From assembly GCF_009914755.1 (NCBI RefSeq), contig NC_060947.1: 64,000 nucleotides of DNA. One strand, 5' to 3'. The notes beneath the pieces are model-generated. The model did no database searches. It saw nothing but the letters and a program-made list of their open reading frames with translations, and was not told the DNA's origin. The translations under genes and the position numbers were made by a program. Position 1 is the first letter of the stretch; every line of letters starts with the position of its first letter. Below, one piece after another: positions 38,393 through 50,707 of the stretch. This DNA comes from the human T2T-CHM13v2.0 reference genome, Homo sapiens.

Positions 38393-38695
38393 ACTGGTGG
38401 GGGTGATGGCTCACACCTGTAAACCCACCACTTTGGAAGGCCAAAGAGGGAAGATTACTTGAGCCCAGGAATTCGAGACCAGCTTGGGCAACATAGTGAG
38501 ACCTCAGCTCTACAAAAAATAAAAAATTAGCAAGGTGTGGTGGTGCTTGCCAGTAGTCTCAGCTACTCAGGAGGCTGAGGTGGAAGAATTAATGAAGCCC
38601 GGGAAGTCAAGGCTACACTCTAACCTGAGTGACAGAGTGAAACTCTGCCTCAAAAAAAAAAACCCAAAACAAACAAACAAAACACGAAAAACCCC
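38393..38695 (+). mobile_element. AluJ with internal deletion in right arm
   Basis: cttgagcccaggaattcgagacc; aaggctacactctaacc deletion junction. Confidence 0.88.
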
Positions 38696-38819
38696 CAACT
38701 ATATAAATGCCAAAATCTTGGCAGAAAATTAATAAATAAACATGTGTGTCTTTTCTTTGTGATTAAAAGGATGAAGAATCAGTTTTCCATTGTTTACTAT
38801 AGAATCATTGAGTTGTACC

Positions 38820-38960
38820 ATTGAAAGTTATTTTAGATATCATCTATCCCAAAATCTCATTTTAAAATTGAGAAAAACTAGGCTCAAAGAGATGAAGTGA
38901 CTTCCTAAGTTCACACACTTGGGCATAGCTGAACTAGAAGCAAAATCCCAGTTTCATCAA
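38820..38960 (-). mobile_element. MIR remnant
   Basis: Core ctcattttaaaattgagaaaaactaggctcaaagagatgaagtgacttcctaag. Confidence 0.7.
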
Positions 38961-39809
38961 GTTAGTATACTTTCTGGCCATTATAAGGTCTGCTTTGGAG
39001 CTAGCTTCATTGGTATGACAATTTTCCCTCAAATATTCAATGTTTGTTAATAGCACCTTCCCTGAATTATGTATATGTGTGTTTTCTAAAACAACTATTT
39101 AAATCACATGGCATACCAGTTTTACTAATGAAAATCCAGAAAATCATGTCCTTAATTCTTTTCTTTGGATTGAAGAGATTATATATACAAATACTTTCTC
39201 AAGATGAATGAGTGGGGAAGACTTCCTAAATGCCACCATTTTGTGGAAAGAAAGTGTTTATAGGGACAAAACCCGAGGTTTTTAAAATTCATTTTCAATG
39301 TAGACCTAAATTTTGTTCAGTGACTTGGAGCATTGTGAGAAGTATAGACCTCAACTGAGCTTTATCAGTCTCCAGTGAGTAAAATAATATAGTCCCCATT
39401 TTTTTTCAGAGCTTACAAAAAAATGCTTTATCTCCAAATTTATACAGCAAAATCATATTTGAGCTAAGACTGAATTTTAGGGGCATTCTTACTCTTCTGA
39501 ATGTTTTCATCCACAATCCTGCTCCCAACAGATGGAGACTGAAACACAGGAGAGTTTCAGTTTTATAGGAAAAGAGCTAGTGCTCCTCTTGGATTTAAGT
39601 TTTAATTCAAATGATAACCATTATTACATGGGTCCTCACCCCTCCTATATAATTCCAGTACCAATAACTCTAGAAAGAGACTCTATTATTTATTCTCTGG
39701 AATTAGCCTAGCCAATTTGATGAATAAATGACTGAATGGTTTCTTAGTCTAACCACTTTCCTCTATTTTGTCTTATTGAGGCAGTAGAATATATTATATT
39801 CTGTTTAAG

Positions 39810-40130
39810 TTCCAGAAACATTTATTGGGTGCTTATTATAAGCCAGGAACTGTGCTAAACAGTAATGACATCAAATTACTACCACTTAGGACTATATTTG
39901 TGCATAACAAATACTCAGAAAAAATGTATGTACTGATGATACAATGACTAATAAGACACAGTTCCTACCTCCAAGGACCTCACAGTCTTGTGCGGTGTAC
40001 AAACTTACCTACATATAGGTTAATATTAACTGTAATAGCCACTTTTTATAGCATCAGGGTATGAACAGAGGGCCATGGAAATCCAGAGGCAGTAGCAATT
40101 AACTTAGTCTGGAAAAATGCATACAAAGTA
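39810..40130 (-). mobile_element. L2 3' end remnant
   Basis: catttattgggtgcttattataagccaggaactgtgcta; agacacagttcctacctccaaggacctcacagtct. Confidence 0.6.
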
Positions 40131-40705
40131 GCTTTCAGTCTAGTTATTCTGCTACTAATATCACATTATTTAGGATAAGATATATTTTGTATAAAAATAT
40201 GGAGATAGAAATAAAATAAAAATACTTCTCTCTATTTTTCATTACCATAAGCCTACAAACCCCCTCAAATTTGAACTGAAAGTTGTATTTTTAATCTGAG
40301 AATCCCAAGGAACTCAGGACAAGGATGAATAAACTATTTCACTATCTTCTCTCACTTAATAGTACTAAAGATAAATTTAAGGGAAAATATTAATTTTATG
40401 AATGTTTTAGGATTCATCTATGCTTGTCTGGCCAAACAGTATTATATATTTCAAATATATGTATATGAATTATGCATCTACAGAAGTTTAGCTCTGTTGT
40501 TGAAGAACAGAAAGCTTAAGATTACTGAAAGAGAGCTCAAAAAAAAATTGGAAAAGAATGAGAAAATATAGTAGTAGTTCCTGGGGTAGAATCAGTTCAC
40601 AAACCTTGTTCCAGGTATGGAGAAAAGAAAATTTTCAAACATACAGGAAAGATGAAGAATTTTACCATGGACACCATATACCAAGATCACTCAAAAACTT
40701 AATTT

Positions 40706-41221
<516 letters not shown>

Positions 41222-41299
41222 TAAAAACTTGATTTTTAGGGGTTATTCTTTGTGTTCTAGAAGCCCTTTCTTATACAGATACTCATTTATAGCACTGAG

Positions 41300-41485
41300 G
41301 ACAGGAAGTATACTCATTTTACAAACAAGGAAACTGAGATTCAGAGCTAGTTATGAATCAAGTGTCCAGCACAGTTATCTGCCCTAAAAGTGTGTTTCCC
41401 AACATTGGTTGTGCATGTTGTTTTTCCAAAATTTTAAAAAATACTGATACCTTGTTTCTACCCCAGAGGTTTTGATAGAATTTGT
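41300..41485. mobile_element. MIR core followed by MER5A fragment
   Basis: ctcattttacaaacaaggaaactgag; aaaaatactgataccttgtttctaccccagagg. Confidence 0.55.
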
Positions 41486-42460
41486 TTTTATTTTTCAAGA
41501 CTTTTTTGGCTATTCTGGGTTCCTTATATTTCCATATGAATTTTAGGATCAGCTTAAGCGTATCAATTTCTGCAAAAAATGATTTTTTTTCTTTTTTTTG
41601 AGATTGAGTCTTAGTTGCTCAGGCTGGCGTGCAGTAGTGTGATCTCAGCTCACTGTAACCTGTGCTTCCTGGGTTCAAGCTATTCTCCTGCCTCAACCTC
41701 CTGGGTAGCTGGGATTACAGGCATGTGCCGCCATGCCTGGCTAATTTTTTGTATTTTAGTAGAGATGGGGTTTCACCATGTTGGACAAGCTGGTCTCGAA
41801 CTCCTGACCTCAGGTGAGCTGCCTGCCTCAGTTTCCCAAAGTGCTGAGATTACAGGCATGAGTCACCGTGCCCGGCCCAGTTTGAATTTTTGTAGGGATT
41901 ATGCTCAATCTGTACGTAAGTTTGAATAATGTTGCCATCTTGACAATATTAAGTATTCTGATCTATGAACATGGTACGCCTTTTCATTTATTTAGAACTT
42001 CTTTATTTCAACACTATTTTGAATTTCCAGTGTACAAGCTTTGCCCTTCTTTTATTACATTCATTCCTAAGTAAATATTTATCCTTTTATATGCTATTGT
42101 AAGTAGAATTGTATTCTTAAATTTTATTTTTGGATTATTCATTGCTACTGCATAGACATTCAGTTAGGATTTTCTATATATAAGATCCTGTCGTCTTCAA
42201 ACAGAGATAGTCTTACTTCTTCCTTTGCAATATGGATGCTGTTCATTTCTTTTTCTTGCTTGATTGTCCTAGCTAGAACCTCCAGTGCAATGTTTAATTG
42301 CTGTGTAAAAGCATATATCCTCTTCTTGTTCCTGATCTTAGCAAGGAAGCATTATTCTTTCACCATTAAGTTTGAGTTAGCTGCAGTTATTTCATAGATG
42401 TCCTTTATCAGGTTGAGGAATTTTCTGTATATTCCTTGTTTGTTTATTGATTTTATCACC
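41486..42460 (-). mobile_element. Old L1M ORF2 fragment
   Basis: ttccatatgaattttaggatcagctt; ctagaacctccagtgcaatg; minus-strand peptide KFLNLIKDIYE. Confidence 0.82.
41583..41877 (-). mobile_element. AluSx/Sz-like
   Basis: Full dimer inside L1. Confidence 0.93.
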
Positions 42461-42464
42461 AAAG

Positions 42465-42690
42465 TTTTTTGTTGTTGTTTTATTTTTTGTTTTTGATTGT
42501 CTGTTTGTTTGTTTTTGTTCTTTTCTTTTGAGACAGGGTCTCTGTTGCCCAGGCTGGAGTGCAGTGGCAAAATCATAGTTCACTGCAGCCTTGAACTCCT
42601 GGGCTCAAGGAATCCTCCTGCCTCAGCCTACCGAGTAACTGGGACTATAGGTGTGTGCCACCATGCCCAGCTAGTTAACAAATTTTTTTT
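42465..42690 (-). mobile_element. AluJ right arm only
   Basis: (GTTT) tail, cactgcagccttgaactcctgggctcaag; left arm absent. Confidence 0.85.
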
Positions 42691-43825
42691 TGACATTAGA
42701 TTATTAGTAAAACTGCCCCATTGCTCAAGATTCAGTGGAAAGGAAGCAAAACAAAACAAAGAAACCTTATGAGCAAAATGCTTAATTCAGCACATAACAG
42801 CATATAGTTTCCATTGGTTAAAGAAGAACATTTATATGGGGTCCTAGATAGGCTCCAAGGAAACCAAATTACTTGAAGAAGCCTGAGATTATTCTTAAAG
42901 AAATATAGGTTTCTTTGTATGTTTACAATGAATGAGTCTTATTTTTACATGCATGGAAGTATCACAGTCACTGGACACTGTATAATTATTCCTATAGTAC
43001 TTAAGGTGTAGTACTTAAGGTAATTCCTAAAGTACTTAAGGTAAATTCAAAACTGTTTTATGGTCATCACCTCTTTTTCTAAGGTGTTTTTTCATAAAAT
43101 GTCCAAATAAATTATCTATACAATGTGGCAAGCAGAAATTGTTCCATTGTTTTAATCTTCTATGACCACATAAAATATATCAAATTATATTTCCTAGCTT
43201 TAGGTTGTCACTGAAAAACTGCTTTACCTAAATAATGCCAGGAAAGGCATTAGTCTTTCTTTTCAGGAGTCTTAAACCATTAAGCAATACAGAGTATGCC
43301 TTTTGCTATTAGTTTGATTTTAGATGACATGTCCTAAGAGTCTAGGACTTAATGCTGGTAAACTTGTCCTTGAAAACTTGATTTGTAATCATTTTTAAAT
43401 CACTAAACTTTATTTAGTTCCAAAGACCTGCTCAACCATGAATTAGCCCCTACTATGTGTTTTGTTTTTTAGAATAAAGAAAATGAAAAAGGCAATTCAT
43501 TTTGTTGTTGTTTGAGGCAATCATTGCTTTAAATTTTTTCTGGTAGTTTCTCAGTTTGTTAGATGTAAACAATGACATAATCTGACAAGGAAGACCATAC
43601 CATTTGGTACCTCCTTGAAAATAAGGAGTCAGTATTGATCAGGTCACATATTATTGATGACTTCAACATACACCAGAGAAACAGTCACATAGAAAAAAAA
43701 ATATAGAGACCCTACTTTCCTACTCAATGAGCATATATTATTTTCATCTATGGAAAGTCTGATTTTATAGGCTGTGACCTCAAAATGTATTTTGTAATTT
43801 TATCTTTCAAGGATGTAATGAGAAA

Positions 43826-44129
43826 GTCCAGGTGTGGTAGTTCACACCTGTAATTCTAGCATTTTGGGAGGCAGGAATATTGCTTGAGCCCAGGAGTTTG
43901 AGACCAGCCTGGGCAACATGGAGAACCCCCATCTCTACAAAAAAATACAAAAATTAGTGAGGCATGGTGGTGCACACCTGTAGTCCTAGCTTCTCGGTAG
44001 GCTGAGCTGAAAGGATCTCCTGAGCCTGGGAGGTCAAGGTTGCAGTGAGTCGTGATAGCACCACAGCATGACAGCCTGGGTGATAGAGTGAGACCCAGTC
44101 TCAAAAAAAAAAAAAAAAAAAAAAAAAAA
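43826..44129 (+). mobile_element. AluJ
   Basis: ttgcttgagcccaggagtttgagacc; poly(A) 44103-44129. Confidence 0.92.
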
Positions 44130-45096
44130 GTAGTGAGGGACAGCAATCAGAAAACCAGTTGCTCACCTAAACAAGAGGCTTTGTTAGAAAGACGATAAAG
44201 ATCAAAGCAGACCTATTATGGAGAGAAAAGACACATTAAATGATCCACAGAAACTTGGAGGGAGCTACTTTTATTTTTAATCTCAAAGGTCATTTTCAAA
44301 ACAGAAGACTCTAGACAGTATGATTAAAAAAAATAATACAAAAAGAAAAAAAAACCTCATAAAACCTGGTTTTAAATAAGCAAAGAAGGATAAAAGAGAA
44401 AAAGGTGAAAATATTGCTGGTTACCTTGAAGGAGAATGTGATGATTTTATACTAGAGGGTTTTTTGACATTGAGTTCACACTCTTGGAACGGAGGCTACC
44501 AAAGTGACTTTTTCACTGCTTGCTAATGATGCTGATCATAATGTTAACGGGAAAACAGGGTGACTGAGTACTGAGGGACCATAATGAGTTCAGTTTTTAT
44601 TAGGTCATGGATATTAATGGTATATGCACGTGAGAATCAAAAAATGTAGAGAATCAAATGCTGGATGAAGAGCTAAGTCATAACTGGGAATGTTCATTTG
44701 AGAAGATTGCATGCTGAAACCAAGAGAATGTTTGATTTTAAAAGAAAGAAGATCTAGTTGTCTCAGGAATGGCAGCTCTGATAACGTCCGCTAAATGTAG
44801 GACAATTACAATGTACAAGTCTCCATGCCATCCATGTTTTACTTATATTTCTGAGGTCTCTTGACTACAGATAGTTAAGTTGTTAAACTATCCAAAATAA
44901 ATGTTACTACTTGATGTTAAGACCTAGAGGCTCAACTATATTTTGTTCTATGAGGTATGCAAAATTATAACTTTATAGCTCCTTGTACTTCAGTAATGAA
45001 AAATGATACTTTCTCAGCAGCTATTAAATGAGGTTAGCCACAACACAATAATCCAAAGAAGCTTAGTTCCAGCATAAAAGCATATATAATTTACAA

Positions 45097-45392
<296 letters not shown>

Positions 45393-45679
45393 GTAATTTA
45401 CAAAACTTTTAAACTGTCAGTTAATCATTCAGGGAAAAGAAAGGTAGATCTTGTACATCGGCAGCTTCCATGAAAATCTGCCACAGCCTATAATAAAGTT
45501 TAACTTAACAGAAAAAGAAAGTCTGATTTTGCAAGAAAGCCATGAAGTGCAAAACATAATTTGAGATGAGTAAGTGAACAGTTTTAGTGAGTATATAGCA
45601 TTGAAATGCTAGGCACCTTTAGTTAAAAAAATTTTCTAAATTTTTGAAGCAGGTATGAATCCTATATAGAAATTACCAC

Positions 45680-45867
45680 TAACTAATAAGGATAGACTTC
45701 CCTGAAAATTATATTTATATCTATATATCTATCTATGTATCTATCTATACATATAAATGCATATATAGAGACAAAAATATACATGCATTCCTTAGACAAA
45801 AATATACATGTGTCCCTGTAACTAATAAAGATATTCTTCCCTGAAAAGAGTATTTGTGTGTGTATAC

Positions 45868-45936
<69 letters not shown>

Positions 45937-45972
45937 GAGAGAGAGAGACAAAAATATACGTGTATTCCTTAG
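45680..45972. repeat. Degenerate tandem duplication containing microsatellites
   Basis: Anchors taactaataa-gata--cttccctgaaaa (45680, 45819) and gagacaaaaatatac-tg-attccttag each occur twice. Confidence 0.8.
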
Positions 45973-47049
45973 GCGTTCACCCACCTCTGTTATAACTAAA
46001 TTTTCCAAAATAAGAACTTTCTAATCTATAATTCCATGAAGGCGAGTTATCCAGATTGATTTCCTCTTTTTGTAAAATATTGCAATTTTTCCATTTAATG
46101 GTCAGAGTAACTGTCTTAAAACCACAGAAGAAGTTAGTGGCAAAAATGAAACCAGAACACAAACTGCTGATGTTTTTTAATGTCATCCTTTTCACTACCA
46201 ACCACTGCCTCATTAGGAGCTTAGCAGAATGAAGCAGAGTGAACGAGAGCAACTGACATATGGTGCATCATTGGAATGCCACCTTTGTTTCCATGTATTT
46301 AGGATGCACCTAGGATCTTACTTCTCAGATAGGATCTTGACAAATATGACTAGATTTAGAGATACTTTTGAGTTGATTCTTATATTCATTGTAATGGATT
46401 TCACGAGGGCTTTAAAAGCTTCACTTGAAATGCCACAGGAATTTAATGGATTAGCCAAATCACAGGCTTGTAGATATTTTCAGGCAACGTGCTGAGTTGT
46501 TTGAAAAGTAAAGCTCCCCTAATCTCCCAAGTTTAACTTTCTTCTATTTCTACAACACCTCCAATGCATACATTAATTCAGTGTGCAATATAGTAGGGAA
46601 CATTGTTTCAAGAATGAGATCCAGATTCAACATGCGAAACATTTGTCAATTTTATACGTTAACCCTTGTATACTTGATCATAAAACCATTTCTAGTTCTG
46701 TAACTCAAACTGTCAAATAATGAACTAGATAACATATTCAGTGCCTCCTTCATACAAGGATATATCAGCACAAATAAACATACATAAATACATTTCCCAG
46801 AATACTATAAGCATACCCACATGCGACATTTAAGACCAAGCTCATCTAGCTCTTGAGAGATAATTTATTTTATGTTGGAGTGCGAGAAGAGAAAACATAG
46901 ATACATAGAGATACTACAATGTCTCTACCTAGGTTTACAGCTTCTGTCATGTTCTTTAATGTTCTCTAGGCTCCACACTACAGATCCTTAGAACAGATTG
47001 GCACACTTTTTGCGGGTGTTGGGAGTGGGGAGCAAAGATCTTACAGTAA

Positions 47050-47407
<358 letters not shown>

Positions 47408-50112
47408 ACAAGGTAGTTATTCTTATTTCAAACTAGTTTGAGGCATGGTGCTCTATGCTTAAATGTCTTTGGAGAAGTTCTTGTACCAGCAATAAACCTA
47501 GCCATTAGAGAGTGGAGGTTAAAAGCTCAGCAAATAGTGATGTATTCTGATTTTATCACAAAAGCTTCTGTGGGACTAGAATCAGGAATTGGAATGACCT
47601 CTAACACTCTCATCCTTGAGATGGCCTGTTTCTTAACAGACAATAAAAGTTACAATTGCATGATGGGGCGATTTTTAAGTTTGCCATAATTTAGCCAAAC
47701 AAATTTTTCCCTCTGGGGCCGGCCTGTATAAATTTTGGAAACATATTTTGAAGTACTGAAACATGTGCAAACCTAATAGTCATTTTGTGAGTTAAATCTG
47801 TGAATTTTGGTGCAATATTCAGACAAAACCTAGAACATCTTAGGTGAACCAACTTTTTGGTACATGTTTTTAGTTGGTATATAAGGATTGTATATTATCA
47901 CAGTCACTTGAGGATTCTTATTTATGGATACATATATACTATATGTACACAATTATACATACAATTTGGAAAATTATATATTAATGATAAATTATATTAT
48001 ATATACATATACACACACACAAACACAATTTGGAAAATGTTCTATATTTGGTAGTACAGAAGAGTTTTTGTTTTGCTTTGATTTCCAGCCACCATTACCA
48101 TTACCCACTTTTTACCCATGAATTTCCTTCCATGGAGTCTTTGTTTCAGAGAAGGATTAGAAGCCTTGGATAAATGAATTGTGAGAGCAATTCTGTTGCT
48201 TTCTCTTTCCTTGGTTTTAAAGATAACTCACCAGTACAGAAACTAAAACATTTTAACAAAAATAATTGGAAATCTATTTCACGAACAGTAGGAACCCTAG
48301 GTAGAATGAAAGCACTTTAATTCTTGCTGCAATCCCAAAGCCCCCAGTGACTCTCAAAATAATGAAAACTGAAGAATAATGCCTGGATTTTGCAACTTAC
48401 TTTAAACACAGAACAGTGAATGTTCTTCAGTAAACTAGGATGGCTGCATTCATTATTTTCTTCTTTATACATAGTATTGCATAAAATTGCATCTAGCAAC
48501 AGACATATCCCCAGAATCAAACATTAAATTTATTTGACATTCACAGTCTCATGAGATTATTCTTTGTTATTTAAAACACTGGCCTAATGGCATGTCTCCA
48601 TACTTTAAAATTTTTGAAAGTGGTAAAATATTATAACAAATTCAGGCAATTTGTGAAATGTATACATTGAACTACATCATCTCTAAATTGGTTATTTATG
48701 TTAAATAAAATTAATGAGATAATTATGAAGACTTTCACTTCTGATGGCCTGTATTCAAGTTTTCTATGATTTAAAGCTTATTGAATAATTCATGTATTAT
48801 TGGCCTTCATTTTGATTTACCAAGGATAGAAGGAGAATATTCTTTTGTATATACAGATATTTCTTAAGTTTGAAAAGTTTTCACCTAATAATTTAAATTA
48901 TGCATTTTATCATTTAACTACACATCAAACAAATTTCATTATAATTAAGAATGATGGTTATACAGAAAAATATTTTTTTGTTTCAAATCTAATTCAGAGA
49001 CTATTTCAAAATTAAATGAAATATTTTACAAAAAATGGACAAGGACATTATTCACTGTCATTAATAATATCTAAAAACATGGATTCCAGTGAGAAGTTTT
49101 CAAATAACTCTATTTTTTTATCAGCTTTTCCCAGCATGCACGCTAACACATAGGTTTACGTAGTTAATTCTTTGAGATCACTAGTTTTCTAATTTGTAGT
49201 AACTCTCATGTTACCCCATATGCTCAAAGAAGTCAGAAGAATAAAATAATTTGAACTAATCCAACCCAAAAGATCACATTTCCTCAAATTTATCACCACT
49301 GGAAACAAAAGCTGACTATTTCGATCTTAAACTATCTGAATTATTACTTTAATTTTCCATTTGACTTTGTTAAAGCAAGTGAATGTTACAAAATGCAGTG
49401 TGACATTTCTGAAGTTTATAAATATATAAAGGCATCAGGTTTAATTTTCTAAAAGGCAGAAAACTTGAAGTTGCCCCTCTTTTCAAAAGTATTTTTGCTT
49501 TCCCTTTATGTTATTTTATATATCCATCACTAAGGATAACACAAAACTTTGAACATTTTAACCCATTTGAATTTCAAAAAATGAACATAAAAATTACATT
49601 ATCTCTGGCCATATGAGCATGTATATAATAAAGACCTGTGTTTAAACTGCTCAACCATATGCTGGAATGATACAGAAAAAGGAAAATAGTGAAATGAAAA
49701 TGTTCAGTTTCATTGAAAAGGCTTTGTTATCTAAAAAAGTCAGTTTCTTAGCAGGAAAGTGCTTATTTCTTTGCGTATAATTTACTTAATGGAATAAGCA
49801 CTGTTAAAAATGAATTCCATGCTTATATCATAGAGTCCTTTTGAGCTTATTCAAAAGGCAATTAGAGGTAATACAGTTGTAGAAATCTGAAACACGTTTG
49901 GGGATACTGACGGAACATATTTTATTCCTTCCAATCAAGACTTTTTTCTACCACTCTACTGAAGCAGCAATCAGCAGTAGAGTACTTCTCTCTATGTTAC
50001 CATATTCAGTGATCAGTTCTTATCTCACTTGATCTACCTGCAACATGTGGATCACTTGATCATTCCTACTTGATTTACTTTCTTCAGTTGGTTTCCTGGA
50101 CCTCGCTCTCTC

Positions 50113-50492
50113 GGTATTAGTCTGTTCTCATACTGCTATAAAGAACTACCTGAAACTGGGTAATTTATGAAGACAAGGGGTTTAAATGACTCACATTTCT
50201 GCAGGCTGTACAGGAAGCATGGCTGAAAAGCCTCAGGAAACTTACAATCATGGCAGAAGTTGAAGGGGAAGCAAGCACGTTTTACCATGGTGGAGCAGAA
50301 GAGAGTGAAGGAGGAAGCACTACATTCTGTTTAACAACAGAATCTTGTGAGAACTCCTTCACTATCATGAGAACAGCAAGGGGGAGGTCAGCCCCCATGG
50401 TTCAACCACCTCCCACCAGGCCCCTCCTTCAACACGTGGGGATTACAATTTGCCATGCCATTTGGGTGGGGACACAGAGCCAAACCATATCA
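50113..50492 (-). mobile_element. MSTA-type MaLR solo LTR
   Basis: gtattagtctgttctcatactgctataaagaactacc ... gccaaaccatatca; perfect 5-bp TSD ctctc. Confidence 0.9.
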
Positions 50493-50707
50493 CTCTCTTA
50501 ATTATTTTACCTCAAAGCCATTCGTTTTTACTCTCCTTTACTGCATCTTCCTCATCTTCCTAGCCTCTAAACATTCTAGTGCCCCAGGATGCAATCCTCA
50601 AACAGTTTATCTTCCCTATCTAGTCTCTTGCTCTTGGTGAGCTTGTAAAGTCCGATGGCTTTAAATATTATCTATATATTGATGAATCCCAAATTTGTAT
50701 CCCCACC

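Noticed and set aside
42988-43042. CRISPR-like repeat-spacer pattern
   Set aside because: Eukaryotic context, 12-bp core, spacers under 10 bp, no cas genes
48317-48520. Minus-strand ORF with AAA|gtaagt donor near 48400
   Set aside because: Poor acceptor context and unrecognised peptide
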